Source: Spirochaetia bacterium
GTDB taxonomy: Bacteria > Spirochaetota > Spirochaetia > CAKZLE01
DNA: 64,000 bases
NCBI GenBank assembly: GCA_963677595.1
Contig: OY782041.1
Location: 928,001-992,000, forward strand
Reading direction: 5' to 3'
Position numbers and translations under genes: made by a program. How positions within the stretch are numbered: the first letter of the stretch is position 1; each line of letters starts with the position of its first letter. Positions 1 to 9,206 of the stretch are shown in pieces. Under the pieces are notes generated by a model that searched no databases, was not told the origin of the DNA, and saw only the letters and a list, made by a program, of their open reading frames with translations.

Positions 1-634
1 ACGAACCGTTCGGCACATGCATGCGCATCAGGAAGTCCGCTCCCCAATACCCTTCATCCAGCAGCCGCCTGGAGAGCATCGTATAATACTCATTCCCGCT
101 TCCACACACACGCTCATGCGCTTTGAAGAAGAGATAGGCCGACAAAGGATGCTGCTGCGGGTTGCAATAGCTGCTGTGGGAGAGGTGGGAGAGATGGATG
201 CCTACATCACCCGAGGCGTCATACCACCCCCCATGCACGTCCAAGCAGCCCTCCCGGGGCCCGTTGAACCGGAGGGTGCGATCCTCATGCAGCCACTCCC
301 CACTGGATCGCTGGGCCTTGAAGTAGTAGCTCACGGCATTGATCATCCTCATGGTGATGAGGAATCTCCTGACCTCGAAGTCAGGAGAGACGTCATTCCC
401 GACCTTGATCCGGTAGGTCCCCTCGTCAGTGATCTCACAGAAGGTCCCGGTATAGTAGGTTCCCATCTCCCAGCGGTCAACGGGCCCTGCATAGGCCAGG
501 GGGGCGGTGAACACTTCAGTCCCGAACTCGTCAAGGACGGTGAAGGTCTCAGGTACTTCTCCCTCTCTGCACTGCACGACGACCTTCTTCTCCCCTGCTG
601 CAGAATACCCGATATGGTTGGTCAGTATCTTCAT
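1..634 (-). CDS. Glycoside hydrolase family 9, exo-beta-D-glucosaminidase-like (runs off left edge; absent from ORF track)
   Basis: Manual translation from ATG 634 (RBS AAGGAA): MKILTNHIGYSAAGEKKVV...YYFKAQRSSG...DVHGGWYDASGDVGIHLSHLSHSSYCNPQQ. This has the GH9 DxxGGWYDAGD motif and an Ig-like N-terminus. Confidence 0.85.
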   Translation of the reverse strand, partial: MKILTNHIGYSAAGEKKVVVQCREGEVPETFTVLDEFGTEVFTAPLAYAGPVDRWEMGTYYTGTFCEITDEGTYRIKVGNDVSPDFEVRRFLITMRMINAVSYYFKAQRSSGEWLHEDRTLRFNGPREGCLDVHGGWYDASGDVGIHLSHLSHSSYCNPQQHPLSAYLFFKAHERVCGSGNEYYTMLSRRLLDEGYWGADFLMRMHVPNGS

Positions 635-657
635 AGTCACTTCCTTATTAGATGGTA

Positions 658-1530
658 TCAGCCCTTCACGGCACCGGCAGTCAAACCGGAGACGACCTGC
701 TCCTGGGCAAGGATGTAGAGGATGAGCGGCGGTGCCAGCGTGACCACGATGGCTGCCATCATCGCCCCGTAATCGGTCCCGAACATATTGCTCACCATCG
801 ACAGGATCACGCAGACCGGTTTCTTCGCCTGGTCAGAGATATAGACCAGCGAGGTGAACAGGTCGTTATAGCTCCAGATGAAGACCATGATGGCGATGGT
901 CGCCATCATCGACTTGCACAGCGGCAGCGCTATATGCAGGAAGATCCTGGGGATACTCGCCCCGTCGATCACGGCAGCCTCGTCCAGTTCCAGCGGCAGG
1001 GCCCGCATGAAGCCGGTCATCATGATGATGGAGAAGCAGAGGTTGCCGGCAGTCTGCGGTATGATCGCAGCCAGGTAGTCACCCCTGACGAAGGGGATGT
1101 AGCTGAGCGTGACGAAGTTGGGGATCACGGTCGCGAAACTGGGGACGAGCAGTCCCGCAGTCAGGATCGACATGATGTACCTGCTAGCCTTCATCCTGAA
1201 CCGCCCCAGGGCGAAGGATGCCATAGAGGCGAAGATGATCACGAAGAGGACGACTGACCCGGAGATGATGAAGCTGTTCTTCAGGGACCGCACCAGGTTG
1301 ACGTCGGGATACTTCGTGATAGTCGAGAAGTTGGTGAAGTCGAGTCCTGTTGGTATAGAGAGGCTGCTCCGCAGTATCTCCATCGAGGGCTTGAACGAGT
1401 TGATCACGACCCAGAAGAGCGGGATGATGGTCGTCAGGGCCCAGAGGATCAGGACGGTATAGGTGACTGCCTTGAGCAATCGGGAGCGCAGTTTCTGCGC
1501 CTGTGGTGTGCTAGCCGATTCGAGTCCCAT
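658..1530 (-). CDS. Carbohydrate ABC transporter permease (MalG-like)
   Basis: EAAVIDGAS EAA loop, GLTAGAVKG end; start MGLESA chosen from TGATG coupling with upstream gene. Confidence 0.92.
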   Translation of the reverse strand: MGLESASTPQAQKLRSRLLKAVTYTVLILWALTTIIPLFWVVINSFKPSMEILRSSLSIPTGLDFTNFSTITKYPDVNLVRSLKNSFIISGSVVLFVIIFASMASFALGRFRMKASRYIMSILTAGLLVPSFATVIPNFVTLSYIPFVRGDYLAAIIPQTAGNLCFSIIMMTGFMRALPLELDEAAVIDGASIPRIFLHIALPLCKSMMATIAIMVFIWSYNDLFTSLVYISDQAKKPVCVILSMVSNMFGTDYGAMMAAIVVTLAPPLILYILAQEQVVSGLTAGAVKG

Positions 1531-2396
1531 CAGTACTGCTCCTTTGGTTCCAGTATCTTCCGCATGATCACGGTCACGCCCACCCCGATGATGATCATCA
1601 GGATCGATATAGCGCTCGCATAGCCGCCATTGCATCGCATGAATGCGGTCGTGTACATATAGGTGCTCAACAGTTCACTCGAGTTCAGCGGCCCGCCATT
1701 GGTGATGATGAAGACGAGGTCGAACACCTTGAAACATCCCGAGATCACGAGGATCACCACTGATATGATGATATCGCGAAGCATCGGTATCGTGATGTAG
1801 AAAGCCTTCTTGAACGGCGTGATGCCGTCGATCTCGGCAGACTCATAGATCTCCCGCGATATCTTGGACATCCCCGTCAGGTAGATGACGAAATAGAACC
1901 CCACATACTGCCACATGATGGGTATGGTCACCAGGAAGATCGAGCTCTTCGTGTTGAGCCATACCTGCTTCTCCTTGCCGAAGAGCTCGATGACCAGGTT
2001 CAGCAGTCCGTACTCGTATCCGTAGATGAGCTTGAACATCAGCCCTATGGCTGTCGCCGAGATCAGGATCGGGAAGAAGTAGACGGTCCTGAAGAACTTG
2101 AACATCCGCTTCGTCCCCGATACCAGGATCGCCAGGACCAGGGAGACCCCGACCTGGAAGAGGAATACCCCACCCATCATGATGAAGGTGTTCCTGATCG
2201 ATTTCATGACCACCACATCTTTCAGGAGGCGGGCATAGTTGTCAAAGCCGGCCCAGGTCTGCCTGGGGGAGAAGTTCTTCCAGGCAGTGAAACTGTAGTA
2301 GACTGTCTTGAACATGGGGTATGCAAGGAATACCAGGATCAGCAGGGCTGCCGGTGCCAGGTACGTCATGTAATACCGTTTGCTTCGTAGAATCAT
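1530..2396 (-). CDS. Carbohydrate ABC transporter permease (MalF-like)
   Basis: YESAEIDG EAA motif, TNGGPLNSSELLSTYMY. Confidence 0.93.
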   Translation of the reverse strand: MILRSKRYYMTYLAPAALLILVFLAYPMFKTVYYSFTAWKNFSPRQTWAGFDNYARLLKDVVVMKSIRNTFIMMGGVFLFQVGVSLVLAILVSGTKRMFKFFRTVYFFPILISATAIGLMFKLIYGYEYGLLNLVIELFGKEKQVWLNTKSSIFLVTIPIMWQYVGFYFVIYLTGMSKISREIYESAEIDGITPFKKAFYITIPMLRDIIISVVILVISGCFKVFDLVFIITNGGPLNSSELLSTYMYTTAFMRCNGGYASAISILMIIIGVGVTVIMRKILEPKEQY

Positions 2397-2419
2397 ATAC
2401 TCATTCCTTCATGATCGAC

Positions 2420-2449
2420 CCGTACCAGGGGTTGAAACCCCTGGTACGG
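2420..2449 (-). terminator. Intercistronic stem-loop after SBP gene (mRNA stabiliser/attenuator)
   Basis: ccgtaccaggggt-tgaa-acccctggtacgg perfect 13-bp stem; no U tract. Confidence 0.6.
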
Positions 2450-2460
2450 TATCAAGGACC

Positions 2461-3711
2461 TTAGTCGTTCAGGGACCTTGCTGCTTCCAGTACTTCCTCA
2501 GGGGTGCTCATACCTTCGCAGATATACTGCACTCCCGGTTTCGTGAGGGTCAGCCACGCTTCACGTGAGACCTGGCTGTCCACGGCAGGTGCTGAGAAGG
2601 TCGCGGTATTAAGCATCTTCACGGCACTCTCCTCAAGGCTCGTTGCACCTTCAGGCACATTGCAGGTCACTGCAGGACTCCCGCCGATGGCGATGAACCT
2701 GGTCATGACCTCGGGGCTCGTCATGTACTTGAGGAACTCGAGGGTAGCATCATCACGTTCTGCCGCCTTCTTGCTCATATACCAGCCGCTCCCGAATCCC
2801 GAGAGCACGGTATTGGCCCCGCCGACTCCGCCGGGGAGTGTCGGCATGGCGATGATCCGCATGTTCTCATTCCCCTTGAGCCGTGATACCAGCCAGGAGC
2901 CGTTGATCATCATGGCTGCCTTCTCATCAGCGAACAGAAGCCTGATGTCATCCTCTGACATGGTCATGGCATCCGGCGGAAAGGCGCCTGCCTCATAGAG
3001 CTGCTTGACTGCATCCAGTGCCGGTGCCCAGGAGTCTCCGAAGTAGTCCTTCTGGCCCTCCGTGCCGACCTGGGAGAGGATAAAGAGTTCGATCAGGTAG
3101 TTCGGCTTTGCCAGGGTCGTGGAGAAGGTCGCGATCCCGTTCTTGTTGAAGGTATCGACACTTGCCAGAATGTTCTCCCAACTCGTCGGCTCTGCAAGCC
3201 CGAATTCGTCGAACAGGCCCTTGTTGTAGTAGAGTCCCTCGAAATACCCGATGAAGGGGATACAGTACTGCTGGCCGTACTTGTTCCCGGCTGCCATGGC
3301 ACTTGGCTTCAGGTTCCCTGCCCAGTCTGCATCTGCTTCCATCAGGGAGGTGAAGTCAACGAAGAGTTCCGAGTCGACCATCGTCTCTCCCTCTGCCCCG
3401 TTGTAATAGAGCATCAGGTCCGGCGGTGTCTTCGCAGCTACCTCTGAATGGATCTTGGTCCTCAGCAGGTCATTCGCCCCTGCTGTCGGCTGGCTCTCAT
3501 CCACGATGGTCACATCGGGATGCTCTTCCATATACTCATTGATCACCTCTTTCCAGACAGGCGCCCACTGGTCTGAACCTGCAAAGAACGTGACGACACG
3601 GATCTCTTTCGCTGACCCTTCCTCGCTGGCTGCAGTCTCCTGCCCGCCGTTCGCGAATGCCATACTTATCACCATCGTGATAAGCAACATACACACTACT
3701 ACTTTCTTCAT
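2461..3711 (-). CDS. Sugar ABC transporter substrate-binding protein
   Basis: Signal peptide MKKVVV...AFANGGQE; SBP_bac_1-like AAMMINGSW; RBS GGAGG. Confidence 0.92.
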   Translation of the reverse strand: MKKVVVCMLLITMVISMAFANGGQETAASEEGSAKEIRVVTFFAGSDQWAPVWKEVINEYMEEHPDVTIVDESQPTAGANDLLRTKIHSEVAAKTPPDLMLYYNGAEGETMVDSELFVDFTSLMEADADWAGNLKPSAMAAGNKYGQQYCIPFIGYFEGLYYNKGLFDEFGLAEPTSWENILASVDTFNKNGIATFSTTLAKPNYLIELFILSQVGTEGQKDYFGDSWAPALDAVKQLYEAGAFPPDAMTMSEDDIRLLFADEKAAMMINGSWLVSRLKGNENMRIIAMPTLPGGVGGANTVLSGFGSGWYMSKKAAERDDATLEFLKYMTSPEVMTRFIAIGGSPAVTCNVPEGATSLEESAVKMLNTATFSAPAVDSQVSREAWLTLTKPGVQYICEGMSTPEEVLEAARSLND

Positions 3712-3749
3712 GAAAACCTCCATATATGTTAGCCTTACTCCGTAAGGTC

Positions 3750-4961
3750 TTAGCCAAAACAGGGATCTGCCGGCCCCAACAGCTCCTTCTGGGACCTGCT
3801 CCAGACTGCGAAGCCGCAGGTGGCGGCAACGAGCAGGAGCGCACTGAACAGGATGATCCTGTTTACCCCGTAGTGTTCACCGGCTACCCCCCCGATGAAC
3901 CCGAAGAGGACCTTCGATCCCACGATCCCGAAGATCATGTTCAGCGACTGTCCTGTCGCCCGCAACCCTTCCGGTACACTCTTGCCGATATAGGTGATGA
4001 TGCAGTAACTGAAACTGGTATAGCCCAGGCCGTGCAGCAGGTTTGGCAGGATGGCCAGGGATGGGTCCTTGATCAGGTAGAGCAGGAGCCAACGGACAGT
4101 CGTGGTGCATCCCGCGACCAGCAGTATCCAGCGAATACCAAAGTGATCGACCAGGCGGCGGATCACCAGCAGCATCGGTATCTCGGAGAGGGCGCAGCAG
4201 AACATCATGAGTCCCACCTTCGCGCTATCCCCTCCGATGGTTGTGAAGTATATCGGGTAGAACAGGTAGAACATGTTCAGTCCGATCGAGAAGACCAGGT
4301 TGTAGAGGACCATCACGATCAGCTGCCTGTTCCCGAACAGTTCCCGGAACTGCTTCGCTCCCATAGCCTTCCCGGCTGATCCTTCGATCCTCGGGAGCAG
4401 CATACTGATGAGGAAGCCCAGTCCCAAGAACCCTGAGACCAGGGCGAAGATCCGGTAGTAGGAATCAGCGATGAGCCATCCTATGCACAGGACCGTCAGG
4501 CAATACCCGACCGTCCCGCCGAGACGGATCTCCCCGTAGCTCCTCCTGCCGTCCCCAAGCAGTTCGAGGCTGCAGGTGTCAAGGAGGGGAATCACCGGGT
4601 TGAAGAATACCGCGAAGACGACGAACAGGAGGAACAAGGCGATATAGGTATGGACCAGGTAGAAACCTGCTGCCGTCAAGGCTGATGCAAGCAGCAGGAG
4701 ACTTACCACCCTGTTCCTGTTCCGGGCCCTGTCCGTGATGAGTCCCCAATACAGCTGGGCGATGATCATGAACAGGGTCGAGACTGAGACCATAAGGCCG
4801 ATCCGCGACTGAGAGATCCCAACGGAATGGAGGAAGAGATTCACATAGGTGTTGTAGATAGACTGTCCTGCATAGAACAGGACATATACTGAGAAAAGGT
4901 GAAACGGGAACCCGTCAGGGATCGTATTATGCTTTTCTGCAGATGCTATGTTCAAGCTCAA
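3750..4961 (-). CDS. MFS transporter (LacY/nucleoside symporter-like)
   Basis: About 12 hydrophobic segments, WGLITDR and YGEIRLGGTVG motifs; TTG start 9 nt after GGAG (start uncertain). Confidence 0.85.
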   Translation of the reverse strand: MSLNIASAEKHNTIPDGFPFHLFSVYVLFYAGQSIYNTYVNLFLHSVGISQSRIGLMVSVSTLFMIIAQLYWGLITDRARNRNRVVSLLLLASALTAAGFYLVHTYIALFLLFVVFAVFFNPVIPLLDTCSLELLGDGRRSYGEIRLGGTVGYCLTVLCIGWLIADSYYRIFALVSGFLGLGFLISMLLPRIEGSAGKAMGAKQFRELFGNRQLIVMVLYNLVFSIGLNMFYLFYPIYFTTIGGDSAKVGLMMFCCALSEIPMLLVIRRLVDHFGIRWILLVAGCTTTVRWLLLYLIKDPSLAILPNLLHGLGYTSFSYCIITYIGKSVPEGLRATGQSLNMIFGIVGSKVLFGFIGGVAGEHYGVNRIILFSALLLVAATCGFAVWSRSQKELLGPADPCFG

Positions 4962-5010
4962 TTTGTCGTACTCCGGAATCCAGGAAAGACCCATGCATGG
5001 TTTCGATCAT
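4927..5010 (-). pseudogene. Possible 3' remnant of a LacI-family regulator
   Basis: IETMHGSFLDSGVRQIELEHSICRKA* resembles LacI C-termini; frame closed upstream. Confidence 0.3.
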
Positions 5011-5396
5011 CGGGCTAGAGTATGCAACTCCTCACGTACTCTTACAACTTGGGTTCTCAGGGGTGAACCCCATCCACCCTAGAGTCTTGCCAACAACCAA
5101 CCGCAACTGGGACTTCCCGAAATTCAGTTAGGATACCTATTAGTACCATGCAGGAAATGAGCCCACAAACACTATTTTGACCAATAGTTTTACTATTTTT
5201 ACTTCGCCGCTCGAAGGGAGGCGCATACCCGGCCAAGCCCGTACTTAGGAGACGCCACTGAGACCGATTCACTGAATCTAAACCATACCCCGGGGAAAAA
5301 CCTGTTCAATTCTTGGACTTGCAGGTATGATGAATAATACTACCGTGCAATCCGTGATGCTCCATGCGCTGGATTGTGCATCAGAGGGAGAAGCGT

Positions 5397-5963
5397 ATGA
5401 TCATTTACCTGGTGGGGATGGCATGTGTCGGCAAGACGACCATCGGCCGCATGCTGGCAGAGAAGTTGGGTTTCACGTTCTTTGACATCAATGAGATGGT
5501 TGAAGAGTACTACGAGATGCCGATAGAGAGGCTCCAGGATGAATGTGTCTTCATGAATGAATTCAGGAATCGGGCCAGTGTCGTCCTGGACCTTGCATTA
5601 TCGAAGAACATCGACTCTGTTATCGCAGGGACCCCGGCCGGCCTGAAATTCGCGTACCTCAGCGTATATAAGAGACACAAGAAGAATAAAGACCTCTATT
5701 CCATACATGTGTTGGATACGTACGAGAACGTACTGAACAGGCTGACCTTCTTTGACAAGGATTCCAAACAGATCTTTGGCGTCCTCAATGACTCAAACCG
5801 GGATTGGTACCGGAAAGATATCAGGTTAGATTACAAGTACTTTGAATCGTCATACAAACGGGCCGATATCGAAATCAATATTGACGGGGTGAAACTCGAA
5901 GACACCCCGGACCTCTTCATTCGGGAGCTCAAGGCAAACGGGGTTGAGCTGCAAGTACCATGA
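5397..5963 (+). CDS. Shikimate-kinase-like P-loop kinase
   Basis: IYLVGMACVGKTTIGRMLAEKLG Walker A. Confidence 0.85.
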   Translation: MIIYLVGMACVGKTTIGRMLAEKLGFTFFDINEMVEEYYEMPIERLQDECVFMNEFRNRASVVLDLALSKNIDSVIAGTPAGLKFAYLSVYKRHKKNKDLYSIHVLDTYENVLNRLTFFDKDSKQIFGVLNDSNRDWYRKDIRLDYKYFESSYKRADIEINIDGVKLEDTPDLFIRELKANGVELQVP

Positions 5964-6248
5964 GAACTGCAGCATAGGCTCATGAAGTGAATCGGTGATG
6001 CTTGGTTTTGAACGATCTGTGATGCATAGTCTTGCGTTTGGCTTATTTTTGGACTATAGTCTAATTATAGAGGACAAAAATAGGAGTCCATTCCAATAAT
6101 GAATGCTATCCGCACTACCTACCGAAGATTATTACAGGGTTATGATTACCCGAAGAAGCGGTATCTCTACCGGGACTTCTCCCTTGAGGAACGCCTTACC
6201 GGGATCATCGGAGCAGGGGGCACCGGGAAGACCACATTACTCATCCAA
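5749..6248 (+). repeat. 500-bp direct repeat, left copy (kinase 3' end + intergenic + ATPase 5' end)
   Basis: Aligns to 26038-26537 with 9 mismatches by manual comparison. Confidence 0.95.
6099..6248 (+). pseudogene. Truncated 5' copy of the AAA_14 ATPase at 26388
   Basis: First 50 codons identical to 26388 gene, then unrelated sequence. Confidence 0.92.
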
Positions 6249-6286
6249 CCTACAATAAACCAAAAAGTAGAGCCATTATCTTTCAT
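6248..6286 (-). pseudogene. 5' stub of an L-arabinose isomerase-like gene cut at island junction
   Basis: RBS GGAGGAG then MKDNGSTFWFIVG, matching the AraA N-terminal FWFxxGSQ motif; ends at the repeat boundary. Confidence 0.55.
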
Positions 6287-7349
6287 CGAATTCTCCTCCT
6301 AAAGCACTCTTGTCATTTTGATTCCTGACATCAATCAATACATGAATGATGTCATTACTGTTGTCATTTCGCATCATAAAGGCTTCCTGGATCTCCTCAA
6401 GCGGATATATCCTGTCAATATACTGATCCGTATGAATAAGACCATCTTTCACAAGGGATACCGCTTCCTTGAAATAGCGGTACATATCTATATCCCTCCT
6501 CGGTTCTGTCGAAATGATCGAGACCCGTCGCCTGTGGACCTTGAAGAAATCAAACGGCTGCCTGGCTGTTCCTATCCCGCCATATAACACTACTTTCCCA
6601 CCCACACGAGTTATATTGACGGCATCCATGACACAGTCTCCTTCCAAGAGGCAGGGTATCACCACATCAAATCCATCCGGGTATTCCTGCTTCAGGAAAT
6701 CAGCAGTCGACGTGTCGCTGTCCGGGAGGCATATCGCTTTAGTTGCTCCATACTGTTTGGCAAATTCCAAGTTTCGTGTTTTCAGGTCAGTGACAACCAA
6801 CTCCTTCGGAGAATAGAGCGAAAGAATCTGTGTCAACATCAGCCCGCTCACACCCTGCCCCATGATGAGAACTGAGGTCCCCGAGTCTATCTCAGAAAGT
6901 TCAGCGGTATGTATCACTCCTGGCATAATCTCCATGAGGCTTATTGATTTTAACGAAAACTCGTCCGGCATCACCTGAATATTGAATGGGCGGCAGGTGA
7001 TATACTCAGCAAAGGCACCCCAGACATACCGGCAGACAACTTTCATACCAGCTGCAAGGCCATGGACTTGGGTCCCCACTTTATCTATGATCCCGGCTAC
7101 TTCGTGTCCTAGACGTGCAGGGAAACTGATAAATTCCGGTTTCCTTGTCCCCCGAAAAGCTTCCAGATCTGACCCGCAGATTCCGACAAAGATTATTTTC
7201 ACCCGTACTTCTTCCGGACCCGGCTCAGGAATTTCTGCTTTAGCCAGCTTCAGGGAATATGGTTTCTCAAGAATCGCAACGCGCTGCAATGATTTGTCAT
7301 CTTGATCGTTGATAATATGCAAATCGGCAAAGGACATCGTTGTCGGCAT
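6276..7349 (-). CDS. Zn-dependent sugar/polyol dehydrogenase (MDR)
   Basis: GICGSD, GHE, GQGVSG motifs; lacks structural 4-Cys loop. Confidence 0.9.
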   Translation of the reverse strand: MPTTMSFADLHIINDQDDKSLQRVAILEKPYSLKLAKAEIPEPGPEEVRVKIIFVGICGSDLEAFRGTRKPEFISFPARLGHEVAGIIDKVGTQVHGLAAGMKVVCRYVWGAFAEYITCRPFNIQVMPDEFSLKSISLMEIMPGVIHTAELSEIDSGTSVLIMGQGVSGLMLTQILSLYSPKELVVTDLKTRNLEFAKQYGATKAICLPDSDTSTADFLKQEYPDGFDVVIPCLLEGDCVMDAVNITRVGGKVVLYGGIGTARQPFDFFKVHRRRVSIISTEPRRDIDMYRYFKEAVSLVKDGLIHTDQYIDRIYPLEEIQEAFMMRNDNSNDIIHVLIDVRNQNDKSALGGEFDER

Positions 7350-7449
7350 AGATACCTCCTAGTTTTCTAGTAAGATTCTATCCTATTCCCTTTGCCAGAT
7401 ATTTGTTTTAAATGGATCAATAGGTATCAAAAGAGGAACTTTTGTTCTC

Positions 7450-8334
7450 TTACTCTGTTCCTATCTGTAGCTTATTCACAAATCCAGGATGTATTAGAAT
7501 ATCCTGTCTGATCTGCTTGTGGAGGTTGTTACGCCAATGTCCGGGAGGTATCCCTTCGATCTTCTTGAAGCTTTTCGTGAACTGATGAATATCAGAGAAT
7601 CCTATCATCTCAAAGATCTCTTTCAATTCATACGTTGTATAACTCATGAGTTCCTTAGCTCTCTCAATTCGCAGTCTTTCCCTGTAGCTCATGGGAGTCA
7701 TCCCCATATCTCTTTTGAACTTGACACTTAAGTACCGATAACTGAAACTGAATACCTGCTCAAGATCAGATGAAGTTATGCCAAAAGAAAGATTACATTC
7801 CAAATAGCGTATGATCTTATTGGTCAATGGGTTTATGCTGCATGAACTGAGCTGTAAACTTGGGATACTCTGTATAGGAGATTCAGTCTCTTTGCTGTAC
7901 CAGCTTTCCAGGATTAATAGAAGATTACTTACATTTAGTCTGCAAAACTCCTGATACCACCTATTTTTTCGTATGCCCTGAAAGCGTATCTGCTCTAAGA
8001 TCTGTTTAATCTCTTCAGTTATAGGTTTCGTAAGAGGAGAAATATTACTGCAAATTTCAACAAGATTGCTATTATTGATCATGAACTTCACATCCAGTGT
8101 CACCAGATTATCAGTATAAATCTCAGAAAATCCATGAGATTCTCCGGGTGATAGGAAAATTATTTGTGGCGCTGATATATAAATATCCTCACCGTTCAGC
8201 TGCAATTGACAGGAACCATTCACAATATAGATTAGCTGGTAAAACGTATGTGTATGCTGTTTCAGATACCAGTTCCTTTCATAATCAAACCGAGATATCC
8301 AATATACTTCAACATCTGAAAATAAATTCTCCAT
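7450..8334 (-). CDS. AraC-family transcriptional regulator
   Basis: Cupin HTHTFYQ N-domain; C-terminal IGFSDIHQFTKSFKKIEGIPP. Confidence 0.92.
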   Translation of the reverse strand: MENLFSDVEVYWISRFDYERNWYLKQHTHTFYQLIYIVNGSCQLQLNGEDIYISAPQIIFLSPGESHGFSEIYTDNLVTLDVKFMINNSNLVEICSNISPLTKPITEEIKQILEQIRFQGIRKNRWYQEFCRLNVSNLLLILESWYSKETESPIQSIPSLQLSSCSINPLTNKIIRYLECNLSFGITSSDLEQVFSFSYRYLSVKFKRDMGMTPMSYRERLRIERAKELMSYTTYELKEIFEMIGFSDIHQFTKSFKKIEGIPPGHWRNNLHKQIRQDILIHPGFVNKLQIGTE

Positions 8335-8386
8335 GAAATCATGGTAGTAGAGTAGTACGAGCTAGTCAATAATTACATCAAAAGTG

Positions 8387-8606
8387 GTAACTACTCAGGT
8401 CCTCAACCCCGGAATTAGTCGAGGAATGACAGAGAGAATGAGTTAGTAAATATCGCAGAGAGGGCTTCATGAGGATTTCCGCCATTCTTCCTGACCGTAT
8501 CAATGATCGAGAAGATCGTACAGAAATTAGAGCCACCAGATTCAGACCGGAAGGTCCCTGCTACTTTCATCTTTAATTTGCTTAACCTGAAGCTGCGTTC
8601 TGAGCT
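8387..8606 (-). mobile_element. IS66-family (ISBst12-like) right-end remnant
   Basis: ERSFRLSKLKMKVAGTFRSESG...SIIDTVRKNG transposase C-terminus; terminal GTAACTACTCAG at 8387. Confidence 0.75.
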
Positions 8607-8820
8607 AAATGCGAATTTTCGTATTTTCCTGTGAGAATTCATTTTCTTGTCGTGAAGGTAATTCTGAGAGCAATCCTGCTTCCCTGATACAGTCTCGGTA
8701 GCCGCGGATCGTCTTTCGTTCAAAACCAGTGGCATCACTGATACATGTTATTGACTGCCCATCCTGCAGCCTTCGTAAGATCTCTATTAATTGCCGGAAG
8801 TTTTGGATTATTCGAACCTT
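8605..8820 (-). pseudogene. IS21-family IstA N-terminal HTH remnant
   Basis: Manual translation LIEILRRLQDGQSITCISDATGFERKTIRGYRDCIREAG. Confidence 0.55.
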
Positions 8821-8864
8821 TTAATCACCGAATCCATCTCTTCCTACCGGGAATAGGACCTAAC

Positions 8865-9104
8865 TTAGACTACGCAGATAGTGTAAGCCCGCCTGGTCTG
8901 CGATGCTATCGAGCAGGTACTCATCGTCATCGGGTCCTTTGGGTCGACCTTCATCCATTTGTGGTAGAGGATCGTCAACAGTTCGACGATCGACATCGCT
9001 CCCCCGATATGGCCTGCACCAAGATTCGCGATCTCATCTATCGTCAGCTTCCTGATCACTTTTGCCTTTTTCATCAAGGCTGTTACGTCTGCATCTTTCA
9101 GCAT
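8865..9104 (-). pseudogene. Truncated transketolase N-terminal subunit
   Basis: GAGHIGGAMSIVELLTILYH...VDPKDP, then homology is lost before DRLVLSKGH. Confidence 0.85.
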
Positions 9105-9151
9105 CCTGTATCTCCTCAGAATCGTGTTCTTGTGTGGTCTTGCTGTATATG

Positions 9152-9188
9152 AAAACGGGCTGCCGCCCGATACTCAGGAGACAGCCCG
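9152..9188 (-). terminator. Intrinsic terminator after pgk
   Basis: cgggctg...cagcccg stem followed by UUUU on minus strand. Confidence 0.5.
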
Positions 9189-9206
9189 CAGGAGGTTTTA
9201 CTGTAT

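Noticed and set aside
17-1257. Long plus-strand ORFs (233 aa, 201 aa) and similar antisense ORFs elsewhere (e.g. 30080-31228, 48089-49267)
   Set aside because: Shadow frames of well-supported opposite-strand genes in GC-rich DNA; no motifs
5220-5260. cccggccaagcccg resembling a twister ribozyme core, and gccactg resembling a cobalamin riboswitch box
   Set aside because: The other required conserved elements and pseudoknot partners were not found
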